Of a stretch of 64,000 nt of DNA, positions 23,830 to 36,245 are shown piece after piece. Every line of letters starts with the position of its first letter. Within the stretch, counting starts at the first letter, position 1. Source of the DNA: Raja brachyura (lineage: Eukaryota); the NCBI GenBank assembly GCA_963514005.1, contig OY740815.1:2232001-2296000 (forward strand), read 5' to 3'. The notes beneath the pieces were generated by a model that saw only the letters and a list, made by a program, of their open reading frames with translations, searched no databases and had not been told where the DNA came from. Both the position numbers and the translations under genes were made by a program.

Positions 23830-25448
23830 CAGTGCCCTCCATAATGTTTGGGACAAAGACCCATCATTTATTTATTTGCCTCTGTACTCCACAATTTGGT
23901 ATATGTGATAGAAAAAAAACAGATGTGGTTAAAGTGCACATTGTCAGATTTGAGTAAATGCCATTTTTATACATTTTGGTTTCACCATGTAGAAATTACA
24001 GCTGTATTTATACATATTCCCCCCTTTTCAGGGCACCATAACGTTTGGAACACAGGCATTTGTATTGCTCAGGTGTGTTTAATTGCCTCCTCAATGCAAG
24101 TATAAGAGAGCTCTCAGCACCTAGTCTTTCCTCCAGTCTTTCCATCACCTTTAGAAACTTTTATTGCTGTTTTTCAACATCAGGACCAAAGTTGTCCCAA
24201 TGAAAGTCAAAGAAGCCATTATGAGACTGAGAAACAAGAATATAACTGTTAAAGACTTCAGCCAAACCTTAGGGCTTACCAAATCAACTGTTTGGAACAT
24301 CATTAAGAAGAAATAGAGTACTGATGTATTAACTAATTGCAAATGAACTGGCTGGCCAAGGAAGACCTCCACAGCTGATGACAGAAGAATTCTCTCTATA
24401 CTGAAGAGAGATCCCCAAACAGCTGTCCGACAGATCAGAAACACTCTTCAAGAGTGGATTTGTCAATGACCACTGTCCGCTGAAGACTTCAATAACAGAA
24501 ATACAGAGGCTACACTGCAAGATGCAAACCACTGGTTAGCTGTAAAAATAGGATGGCCAGGTTACTGTTTGCCAAGAAGTACTTAAAAGAACAACCAGAG
24601 TTCTGGAAAAAGATATTGTGGGCAGATGAGATGAAGATTAACTTATATCAGAGTGATGGCAAGAGCAAAGTATGGGGGAGAGAAGGAACTGCCCAAGATC
24701 CAAAGCATACCACCTAATCTGTGAAACACAGTGGTGGGGGTGTTATGGCCTGGGCATGTAAGGCTACTGAAGGTACTGACTCACTTATCTTCATTGATGA
24801 TACAACTGCTGATGGTAGTAGCATTATGAATTCTGAAGTGTATAGACACATCTTATCTGCTCAAGTTCAAACAAATGCCTCAAAACTCATTGGCCGGCGG
24901 TTCATTCTACAGCAAGACAATGATCCCAAACATACTGCTAAAGCAACAAAGGAGTTTTTCAAAGCTAAAAAATGGACAATTCTTGAGTGGTGAACTCAAT
25001 CACCCGATCTGAATTTATATGATGAAGAGAAAACTGAAGGGGACTAGTCCCCAAAACAAGCATAAGCTAAAGATGGCTGCAATACAGGCCTGGCAGAGCA
25101 TCACCAGAGAAGTCACCCAGCAACTGGTAATGTCCATGAATCACAGACTGTCCATGAATCAAGCAGTCATTGCATGCAAAGGATTTGCAACAAATTACTA
25201 AACATGACTAGCTTCATTTACATGACATTGCTGTGTCCCAAACATTGGGAAATGGGGGAACTATGTATAAACACTGCTGTAATTTCTACATGGTAAAACC
25301 AAAATGTATAAAAATGGCCTTAATTAAAATCTGCCAATGTGTACGTTAACTACATGTGACTTTTTTCTATTACAAATCTCAAATTGTGGAGTACAGAGGC
25401 AAATAAATAAATGATGGGTCTTTGTCCCAAACATTATGGAGGGCAATG
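23830..25448 (+). mobile_element. Tc1/mariner DNA transposon, IR/DR type, with a decayed transposase (~24178-25201)
   Basis: TA then CAGTGCCCTCCATAATGTTTGGGAC...; about 220-bp terminal inverted repeats with inner and outer direct repeats; motifs ILWADE, QQDNDPKH, SPDLN; frameshifts and stops, and the catalytic E region is deleted. Confidence 0.9.
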
Positions 25449-25699
25449 GATATGGCATAAAACCAAAGGTTTTAATGGGCTTGCAGCCACAGCCTCAGGC
25501 ATGTCAGCAGCTGTACTGATCATTTAGTTTTCATTGATACCTTATGATCTTCACCCCACCCACTTCAATAATTAAAAAACAAAAGTTACAGGAGCAGACG
25601 GCCAGGTAGATATTCTTTTTCAAGTTCTCCATAAATTATCTCATGCCTTTGGGCTTGGCAGCAACATGAATTTTAAACCTTTTCAAAAGTAAAACACTG

Positions 25700-26275
25700 C
25701 AGATGAATGAATGAATGAATGAAGGAAGTTTATTGGCCAAGTATGTACACATACAAGGAATTTGCCTTGGTGCTCCGCTCGCAAGTAACAACATGACATA
25801 GTAAACAAATAAGAACAAAACATAAAACATTAAAACATTAAAACATTAAAAATAAACATTATAGTTTAAACAAGTGAATGAAATAAAATACCAGAGCAAA
25901 AGGAAGCTTCAGACTTTTGGTTATTGAGTAGTGCTACTGCTCGTGGAATAAAGCTGTTTTTATACGGGGCTGTGGCGGTTTAGACAGTCCGGAGTCGCCT
26001 TCCAGAGGGAAGGGCCAGAGGGGCAGAGACGACCTTACCCGCTCGCTTCCTGGTCCTTGCAGTGTACCGTTCATCGATGGGGGGGGGGAAGAAAGGTTGC
26101 AGCCAACAACCTTCTCCGCTGATCGAACGATTCGCTGCAGCCTCCGGATGTCGTGCTTGGTGGCTGAGCCAAACCTGACCATGATGGAGAAGGTGAGGAC
26201 AGACTCGACGATGGCTGTGTAGAATTGGACCATCATTGCCGTGGCAGATTGTGTGTTTCCTCAGCTGCCGCAGGA
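25700..26275 (-). mobile_element. Rex1/Babar-type 3' fragment (same family at 41030-41160 and 54710-55160)
   Basis: ORF MMVQFYTAIVESVLTFSI...; shared tail aagtttattggccaagtat...acaaggaatttgcct. Confidence 0.75.
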
Positions 26276-26396
26276 ATGCGGAAAATCTGAGAAACCGAAG
26301 ATGCTGGAAAAGTTCATCAGGCCATCAGCTTTGTGGTCAGAGCAAAGAATTCATGTAACTAGGTGACTGATCTTAATCTGAAATATTGACTTTGTT

Positions 26397-26602
26397 AGAC
26401 ACAAAATGCAACTCAGCGGGACAGGCAGCATCTCTGGAGAGAAGGAATGGGTGACGTTTCGGGTCGAGAACCTTCTTCAGACCAAATCTAATCGTCTGAA
26501 AAAGGGTCTCGACCCAAAATGTCACCCATCCCTTCTCTCCAGAGATGCTGCCTGTCCCACTGACTGTCTGTGTTCGGTTTAAACAGTTCCTTCCTATACA
26601 GG
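26397..26602. mobile_element. Fold-back Penelope-derived mini-element with hammerhead-like cores on both strands
   Basis: Minus core at 26453-26482, degenerate plus core at ~26495-26525; TSD ttgactttgtt at 26386-26396 and 26603-26613. Confidence 0.75.
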
Positions 26603-27086
26603 TTGACTTTGTTTCTCCTTTCAGAGATAATTATTTTCTTTTTGAAATTAAAGTTCCCAAGAAATTATAAAGAGTGTAGTGCATTTGAATATAAACATTA
26701 CTTTAGAATTTAGCTTATTTTAGAGATACAGCATGGAAACAAGCCCTTGGGCCCACCGACCGAGTCTGCGCAGATCAATGATCACCCAAGCACAAGTTCC
26801 ATGTTATCCCAGTTTCGTATCCTACCCACTAGGGGAAATTTACAGAAGCCTAATAACATGAAAACCTCTATGTCTTTGGCGTGTAGGAGGGAATCGTAAT
26901 GCCCGGAGAAAACCCATGTGGTCACAGGGAGAAAGTGCAAAGTCCATACAGACAGCACCCATGGTTAGGATCGAACCTGGGGATCTGGCGCTGTAAGGCA
27001 GCAACTCTACTGCTGCGCCACTGTGCTGTCTAAAGTATCCCAGTTGTCTACTTATCCAGTCGGGTGGTTCAGTTGCCTAATAACAG

Positions 27087-28066
27087 TACAGTACAGTAGG
27101 GGGGGGGGGGGTTAAAATGCAGTTTTCCCCTGCCTTCCGGAGTTATATTTTGTCGGGGCGCGAGTTTTTGCTGAAGATTCGTTCCGAAAAGTGAAATGTG
27201 AATTTTTTACTTTTTTTTTTTTTTAATTGTCCGCCAATTTCAACGCTGGAGTAAAATAAAAAATAGCTCCTAATGCCGTGAACGGCGCAACGGGGACGGA
27301 TTTTACGTAGGGGACAGGTAAAGGAAAGCCGTTTATTTTACATATAAACTTGCTTGTTAAGGTGACCTTAATCAACATTTCATGTTGCGAAACAGTGATT
27401 TATTCCCCATACGAACCGGCAGTATTTTTCCTGCCGATATGGGATTTAAATTCACCGCAACCACAACGTTTCAACTCATCATGTTCCATAAAATCCCACT
27501 CACAAGATGATTTAAATGGCCATTCATTTATGGGAATTAAACACTAAATTCCTTCAATTTGGCCTATAAATTCATGACAGATTTAAAAATCATGTTATAT
27601 TGTGAATTCTTGTGTGAATGTTATTTGGACACTTAGGCTTTTAAAAAAAATTTAATATTTTCTTAAGAAATGGATAGATGTTTAGATCTAGTAATTTAAT
27701 TTTGTAATTAGCTACAATTGGGTAATTAACTAATTATATGCTTTAATTTCAGGTCATCCAAGTAAGATTGTTTCAGGTTTGTTTCAGAATGCTTCAAACG
27801 ACAATAACTGAAAATTTCTTTCAGGTCTCTTAATTTTTAAGAAAGTTATGGGCTTTTGACTGTCCTCGATCACAACTTTTGTGTTAAGTCAATGGAAAAA
27901 CAATAGGGAACAAGATGCTAATTTCCGAGGATGGAAATGGCCATAACTTTTTTAATACTGAAGATATGAAAGTGAATTAGATGTCAAATTAAACTTCTTT
28001 TTATGCTTTATCTGATGGGATAAATTGCAGACTAGATATTTTAAATCTCAAAATTTTGTAACATTG
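27087..28066. mobile_element. Unclassified ~980-bp AT-rich non-coding insertion splitting a Rex-type 3' fragment
   Basis: Direct repeat ctaataacag at 27077-27086 and 28067-28076; the host sequence ggttcagttgcctaataacag|ctgggaagaaactgtc rejoins; no terminal inverted repeat or ORF seen. Confidence 0.6.
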
Positions 28067-28469
28067 CTAATAACAGCTGGGAAGAAACTGTCGCTGTATA
28101 TGGAGGTGTGGGTTTTCACACTTCTGTACCTCTTGCTTGATGGGAGCGGGGAGAAGAGGGAGTGACCGGGGTGCAACTCGTCCTTGATTATGCTGGAGGC
28201 CTTGCCAATGGAAGGGAGGGGAGTGTGTGATGGTCTGTGTGATGGTCTGGGCTGCGTCCACATTTCTCTGCCATTTCTTGCAGTCTTGGCTGGAGCTGTC
28301 CCCAAACCAAGCTGTGATGTATCCCAATAAAGAAAAACCACTAACTATAGTAGTTGAACCTCCAGCATAACTGTAAAAGTTCTGAACCACAACTCTAATT
28401 GAAAACAGGAATTTAGTTTAAGGCCTTCAAAAAGGTACTGCTAAATAGATTCAAGCCATGATAGAACAT

Positions 28470-29450
28470 ATGGGTAACACAGTCTGTTAGGTTGGATAAC
28501 CATTCCTCCTCTACCCTCACCCTGAACACTGGCGTACCCCAGGGCTGTGTGCTGAGCCCCCTCTTCACCTACGACTGCATACCTGTACATGGTACCAACA
28601 CCATCATGAAGTATGCAGATGATACGACGGTGATTGGCCTCATCAGCGACAACGATGAGTCGGCCTACAGGGAGGAGGTTCAGCTCCTAACAGCATGGTG
28701 TGCCGATAATAACCTGGCCCTCAACTCCAAGAAGACCAAGGAGCTCATTGTGGACTTCAGGAGATCGAGAGGCTGCACGCACACCCCCATCCATATCAAC
28801 GGGACGGAGGTGGAACGCGTCTCCAGCTTCAGGTTCCTGGGGGTCAACATCTCCGATGACCTCTCCTGGACCCACAACACATCCTCGCTGATCAAGAAGG
28901 CTCACCAGCGTCTCTTCTTCCTGAGGAGACTTAAGGAGGTCTACCTGTCTCCCCAGATTCTGGTGAACTTCTACCGCTGCACCATCGAGAGCATCCTTAC
29001 CAACTGCATCACAGTACGGTACGGTAACTGCTCTGTCGCCGACCGGAAGGCTCTGAAGAGGGTGGTGAAGATCGCCCAACGCATCACAGGCTCCTCACTC
29101 CCCTCCATTGAGTCTGTCCATAGTAAACGATGCCTGCGCAGGGCGCACAGCATCGCCAGGGACAGCTCACACCCCAACCATAGGCTGTTTACCCTCCTCC
29201 CATCAGGGAGACGCTAAAGGTCCCTCCGCTGCCGGACCAGCAGGCTCAAGAACAGCTTCTTCCCTGTGGCTGTCACACATCTCAACGCTGCACCTCAATG
29301 ACTGCTTGTCACCACCCCTCCCCTGGACACCGTATATGTATAGACGTATAATAACTCATACTACTGCGCAATTACTTGTTCATTCGTAAGTTCGCCCTTC
29401 GGAGATACCAACTGCATTTCGTTGTCTCTGTATTGTACACTGCACAATTG
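28470..29450 (+). mobile_element. Rex1/Babar RT C-terminal fragment
   Basis: ORF 28492-29217 with [10 protein letters not shown] and KYADD, homologous to 11100-11930. Confidence 0.88.
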
Positions 29451-30019
29451 AGTAGCAGAACTAAAAACAAGCTGAATACAAAACTGAAAGCAGAAAGGGT
29501 TAACAGAAGTAACTCAAATGACTAATGAATGCTTCACATTTAAAGTTTGGACTTCACATCTAAAGATGGACCCGCTGCTTTCACAACTCTGCCATTTTTT
29601 TGTTGGACCAAACAACTGCCATATCAACTTGCGATACATTCCAATAGATCGCATTATATTGGTGTGTCAATAGAAATTGGTAAGAGTTATTGGAGAGATG
29701 TCAATTTTTTTTAGTTTAGTTTGGAGATACAGCGTGGAAACAGGCCCTTTCGGCCCACCGGGTCCGCGCCAACCAGCGATCCCTGCACATTAACATTATC
29801 CTACACCCATTTGGGACAATTTTTACATTTACCAAACCAATTAACCTACAAGCCTGTACATTTTTGGAGTGTGGGAGGAAACCGAAGATCTCAGAGAAAA
29901 CCCACGCAGGTCACGGGGAGAACGTACAAACTCCGTACAGACAGCGCCCGTAGTCAGGATCGAACACGGGTCTCCGGCGCCGCATTCGCTGGAGGACAGC
30001 AACTCTACCGCTGCGCCTT

Positions 30020-31560
30020 CTGAGGAAGTAGAGGTGTTGGTGTACATTCTTGGCCGTGCTAGGACAGTAGGTGATACTTGCTGTCGGTGATATTTACACA
30101 GAGCATACCTTAAGCTTCTGACCGTCCCCACTGATGTAGACTGGGACGTGTACACCTCCCCACTTCCTGACGTTATTGACCAACTCTTGTATTTTGCTGT
30201 CACTGAGGGAGAGGTTGTTGTCTTGACGTGACGCTACTAAGCTCTCTGTTTCCTCCCTGTACTCTGTTTCATCATTGTTCCAGATCTTGCTCAGCTTGGT
30301 GGTGTCATCAGCAAACGTATAAACGGAGTTCGAGTTGAATTTGGCCACACAGTCTTGAGAGTTTATGGAGGAAAGTAAGGGGATCAGAATGCATCCTTTT
30401 GGGGCAGTGGTGTTGAGAATTTTGGAGGATGTTTCGTTGCCTATCCTTACTTATTGCAGTCTACAGATCAGGAAGTCAAGGATCCAGTTGCAGAGGGCAG
30501 CGCTGAGCCCTTCATCCAGGAGTCTGGACTTGAGTGGCCAGCACGGCCTTGTTGGCTTCGGAAGCCGCGGACTCCGGTAAGGAAGCGGCCGTTCCAGGTG
30601 TCCCAAGCCGCTGAGAGGATTCTCCCGATGCCGGAGCACCATCACCCGGCGAGAACGGCCTGGAACATCGGGCCTCCGTGAAGGCGACTGCGGAGGCCTC
30701 GATAGGCCCGACTATGGGTGGACATGGGGATGCGGACTGGACATTGTGCCTTCCCTCATAATGGGAACCATTGTGGGGGGGAGTTTTCTATGTTTAAAAT
30801 CTCTTTATTATTGTTATGTTTGTATTATTATTTTTTTTAAATGTGCTGCATTGGCAAGAAACATTTCACTACACCAATTGGTGTACGTGACCAATAAAAT
30901 AACCTTTGAACCTTTGAGTTTGTTTGGAATTCTGGCATTGAATGCGGAGCTATAGTGAATAGAGTCATATCTACATCAATGCTATCCTGATGTTGCGGGG
31001 ACGAGGGTGGGGCCATGGAGATGTCATCTGCCAAGGACTTGGACAGATGGCAGTGGATCAAAGCTGTCTGGGAAGCCGATGATGATGCGCACCATGACCA
31101 GCCTCTTGAAGCACATGCTGATTGATGATGGATGTCAGATCCACCGGGCGGTAGTCATCAAGGCACGCTACCTTGCTTCTCCTTGTCGCCATGAGGATAG
31201 CGGTCTTCTTCAATCAGGTGAGAATCTCAGTTTGGAGTAGGAAGAAGTTAATTATGTCAGCGGATACTTCTGCCAGCTAGTCCGTACAGGTTCTGAGGAC
31301 ACAGACAAGTCTCCTTCCTTGCCAGTCAGTTTCCAGGGGTTTCAATCTCAGAAAGACCGATCTGATGTCCGTGATGGTGACTGTGGGTAGAGATCCCCCC
31401 CCCCCCCCCGAGGCTGTTGGTGCAGTCGACATCAGCCCATTGATCTACTGTTCAAAATCACCACAGAACACATTGCGCTCATCAGGGAGGGATGTGTCAT
31501 TGCCGCGGACTCTGCCGACTTCGCTCTGTAGCCCGTTACAGCAATCTGAACCGTGTCACA
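30020..31560 (-). mobile_element. Degraded Rex1/Babar RT fragment, interrupted by a short element at ~30536-30920
   Basis: Minus ORF fragments FADDT...YREE and LCNWILDFL; the insert is homologous to 34530-34755 in inverted orientation. Confidence 0.7.
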
Positions 31561-32589
31561 ATCAACAAAATCACGTTACATCTTGACATGAGTTAATAAG
31601 CTCTTTGTTTGGAAGACACCGTTATTGTGCTTGTAACTGAACACCAAAATTAATTTTGATATTTATATATCAAATTGTACTTCACACCTCTTTACGAGCA
31701 AAATCAATTAACTCGTGTTTTCAAAAGCCACGAGAGTTGCAGGTGAACAGACACCACAGTGTCTTTCATGATGATCTTAAACCAAGATCAATGAACAGAC
31801 TTCTGAAGTGTAAACCAGCAGTGTTCTGCCACTCCCACAGAAGGCTCGCCACACTTGTCAGAATACTTCAAAAGCAGAGGGAAAACATGTGATTAAAAGT
31901 TCAAAACCTTCCTCAGATCAGGTGCTTCAAGTTGCAAGAATAGCAAGGACTGAAATGATAAAATGAAGGTGTCAGTTTACCCACAGGAAGCAATTTAAGA
32001 TAAACATTACTGACTTGATTTCAAAGATCTGGATGAAACCCAAAGTGCATCCTCTTACATTCCTTTGTAGAGGTTCATATTGATTAGCAATAACTCAAGC
32101 TCAACTCGTTTGTTTTACGGGTGCTTGTTTTGAGACGACAAATGAAAATCTTCAAAGTTTTGATAGAGTAGATTTAGGAAAACAGGAAACAGTATTACCA
32201 GAAGCTATCATGATTCAATTACCAAGAAATTAGAACATTCCAAATAAATTGTTATATCAAAAGAGTGGTGAAAATGTGCAACTCCCTGCTCCAGGGAGTG
32301 GGTGAAATGGATAGTATCGATGCATTTAAGATGTTTAGCTTCAGGTTTATTATTGTCACCTGCACCGAGGTACAGTGGACAGCTTTGTTTTGCACGCTAT
32401 CTAATCAGATCAGGTAATACTAGATATAAATACAACCAAGTTAAACTCAAGTACAATAGATAGAGCAAAGGGGGAGACACAGAGTGCAGAATGTAGTTCT
32501 CAGCATTGCAGCGCATCAGTGCCACAGACAAAGTCTAATTTGTCGTCAAAGCAATGGCCCCAAAACCACCCAGTACTGAATACTGAATG

Positions 32590-33110
32590 GAGCACAATAT
32601 GGAGTTCTGGTCACCCAGTTAAATGACAGATATCATTCAGCTGGAAAGGGTGCAGCGTAGATTCATCTGGATGTTGCCTGGGTTTGCAGGCTTGGATTAC
32701 ATGGAGAGGTTAGATAGGCTAGGACTTTTTTTATTTGGAGCATAGGAGGCCGAGGGGTAACATTATTAAGATGTACAAGATCCTGAGCGGCATGAATAAT
32801 GTGAACGCTCACAATCTATTTCAGTGTCGAGGAATCTAAAACTAGACGGCATAACTTTAAGATCCTGATGATCTTAAGCCTATATCTTAAGGAAGATATT
32901 TATGAGGAACTTCAGGGGAATCGTTTTCACTCAGAGTGTAGTCCATATCTGGAAAGAACCTGAGGAAGCTTTGGAAGTGGATACAATTATGACTTTTAAA
33001 AGACATTTGGGCAGGATAGATAGGAATGGTTTAGAGGGCTATGGGACAAACGCAGGCAAATGGGACTAGCTCAATATGACAAGGTGGGCTGAAGGGCCTG
33101 CTTCCATGCT
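32590..33110 (+). mobile_element. Old degenerate CR1 3' fragment (similar ones at 2820-3105, 34255-34935, 60070-60515, 15260-15845 minus, 59400-59750 minus)
   Basis: Recognisable CR1 C-terminal and 3' UTR sequence with many substitutions. Confidence 0.7.
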
Positions 33111-33638
33111 GAACACAGTTTAGTTTAGTTTAGAGATACAGTGCAGAAACAGGCCCTTCAGCTCACCGAGTCCGCACCGACCAGTGATCCCCGCACATTA
33201 ACACAAGCCTACACACACTAGGGACACTTATACCAAGTATACAAACCCAAGCCAATTAGCCTAGAAACCTGTACATCTTTGGAGTGTGGGAGGATACCGA
33301 AGATCTCGGAGAAAACACACGCGGTCACAGCGAGAAAGTACTAACTCCGTAGAGACAGCACCCGTAGTCAGGATCGAACCTGTGTCTCTGGCACTGCAAG
33401 CGCTGTAAGGCAGCAACTCTACCGCTGCGCCACCGTGCCACCACAGGTCTATGATTATGACTAGGATATCAGTCTATACATATTTGATGAAGTCATCTAA
33501 AATCCACTCTTCCATCATTTTACTTGTGATTTTAATACAATAGGTGAAAGAGAGACAATTCCAGACTAACCAAAAAAATAAAAATTCTGCATTTGTTTCT
33601 CATTTTCTCATTGCAGCAACTGGAGAAATATTACTTAC

Positions 33639-33725
33639 CATGAATTTGGAATCTCCCTTGGAAAGGGTGTTGGTGACAAAACCTGTTGCTTCCAGGCATT
33701 CCACAACTTTATGAAGAAGCTTTGG
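33639..33725 (-). CDS. POLB: POLB exon 11 (PKLLHKVVECLEATGFVTNTLSKGDSKFM)
   Basis: tttcag acceptor, ATG|GTAAGT donor, 87 nt, symmetric phase-0 exon. Confidence 0.96.
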
Positions 33726-35624
33726 CTGAAAAAGATCCAAAAGAAATCTCAGTAACTGAGCTCCAGTGAATCTCAAATAACATTAATCTGTGCAATTATT
33801 TAGCTGGTGGGACAATTGGAGGCTATACCAGCACACTTGCAAGTTCATTAATAGGTTCTTCATTTTATTCTTATACTGTTCAAATCTATTGCAATTTTGA
33901 AAGAACACAAAACTGCAGTATTGTTGCTGAGTCTTTTACACAACTCACTTGAATATTTAATAAGAAGTTAATTTGCTCCCCATAACTTTACTGGCAGTGA
34001 GAGCTCTAAGACAATTCAATAAACTGCAGTTCATACCATAAACCACCGTCTACATTTCGAAGAGGTTTGCAAATCTACAGAATAACACAAAAATCCTAGA
34101 ATATAGAACTACCGCTGCACTACCCTGCTGCCCAAATATTTCTATTCCACAGAAAGGCTAGTGAAATAACCCTGAGCGCACTATCTGTTGGTGCTAATAC
34201 AAATCGATCCTTTTGATGTTTTTACTTAATTATATCGGACGGTGGATGCCCTTAAGCTGGAAAGAGTGCAGTGAAGATTTCCAAGGATGATGCCAGGACT
34301 CGAGGGACTGAGCTACAGGGAGAGGTTGGGCAGGCAAGAACTTCATTCCATGGAGCGCAGGAGGATGAGGGTGATCTTATAGAGGTGTGTAAGATGAGGG
34401 GACTAGATAGGGTGAAAGGACAAAGTGCTTTAACGAGACAAGGGGAAATCAATAACTTGAGGACATAGGGTTAAGGTGAGAGGGTGAAGATTTAATAGGA
34501 ACCCAAGGGGTGACTTTTAACAAAGGGGGTTCAACGGTTATTTATTGGTCACATACACCATAGGTGTAGTGAAATGCTTCTTGCCAATGCAGCACATTAA
34601 AAAAAGAATAAAGACATAACAATAATAAAGAGGTTTAAACATAAAAACATCCCCCCACAATGGTTCCCATTATGAGGGAAGGCACAATGTCCATTCCCCA
34701 TCCCATGTCCACCCATAGTTGGGCCTATTGAGGCCTCCGCAGTCGCCTTCACGGAGATGGTGGGTAAGTGGAACGAGCTGCCAGAGGAGGTAGTTGATAA
34801 AAGGCATTTGGACAGGTACATGGTTAGGAAAGGCTCAGATGGATATGGGCCATACATGGCCAGGTGGGACGAGTGTGGACAAGAGAACTTTGTCAGCATG
34901 GGCTGAAGGAAGGGCCTGTTTCCGTGCTGTGTGACTATATTATAGTAAACCATCTAGAGAAAGATTGCTTCCTCTCTCTCCATTTATACATTATTTTCCA
35001 GTGTCTGGAATTTATCCTCTATGCTAAGAGGTGGATAGCGACAAAGAATTGAATATTGTAAATCCTAGGCTGTAAAGATATCAGCACCTCTAAATACTAA
35101 ATGCCTTATCATCACTGCATTTGTTAGCCTTGCAAATCTCCTCTTATCCCAAATGACATTCAATTCAAATGCAGGGTCACAGTATTAGGCACACATGGTA
35201 CATACAGTCATTATCCTTTGGGCCAAATGGCTATCACTGACTAAATGTTAAGTAGTTATTCTATTCCAACTGCGACATAAATGGCTAGAACTGGTGAGTA
35301 TTTTCTATTTTTTTCTGTTCTGGAAAACATGAGAGTTTAATTGTGTTACATTTCTACATATATATAGGTTAACATAATCTCATCAAAATGTGAGAATTCT
35401 ATTTATTTTCCCACTTGCTTGATGAGCGACTGTGTTGTTGTGAGGGGATTGTTGTTGAAAGGGAATAACATAAATCCTGTGGTCTCAGCGTCCCCACTCA
35501 TATACATAAAATAAAAATGAAAGAACAGCATGTTCATGGATGAAATAAGTTAATGGAAATTGGCAAAGATCAGGCTAAACTTGCTATTCAGGGGAGATAT
35601 TTTGCTGCATTTATTTATTATTTT

Positions 35625-36245
35625 ATGTTAGAAACATAGAAATTAGGTGCAGGAATAGGCCATTCGGCCCTTCGAACCTGCATCGCCATTCAATATGATC
35701 ATGGCTGATCATCCAACTCAGTATCCCGTACCTGCCTTCTCTCCATACCCTCTGATCCCCTTAGCCACAAGGGCCACATCTAACTCCCTCTTAAATATAG
35801 CCAATGAACTGGCCTCAACTACCCTCTGTGGCAGAGAGTTCCAGAGACCCACCACTCTCTGTGTGAAAAAAGTCCTTCTCATCTCGGTCCTAAAGGATTT
35901 CCCCCCTATCCTTAAGCTGTGACCCCTTGTCCTGGACCTCCCCAACATCGGGAACAATCTTCCTTCATCTAGCCTGTCCAACCCCTTAAGAATTTTGTAA
36001 GTTTCTATAAGATCCCCTCTCAATCTCCTAAATTCTAGAGAGTATAAACCGAGTCTATGCAGTCTTTGTTCATAAGACAGTCCTGACATCCCAGAAATCA
36101 GTCTGGTGAACCTTCTCTGCACTCCCTCTATGGCAATAATGTCCTTCCTCAGATTTGGAGACCAGAACTGTACGCAATACTCCAGGTGTGGTCTCACCAA
36201 GAACCTATACAACTGAAGTAGAACCTCCCTGCTCCTATACTCAAA
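35625..36245 (-). mobile_element. HER1/CR1 3' fragment
   Basis: ORF 35718-36251 LVRPHLEYCVQFWSP...GTGY; (tctatgtt) tail; near-identical shorter copy at 38035-38265. Confidence 0.88.
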
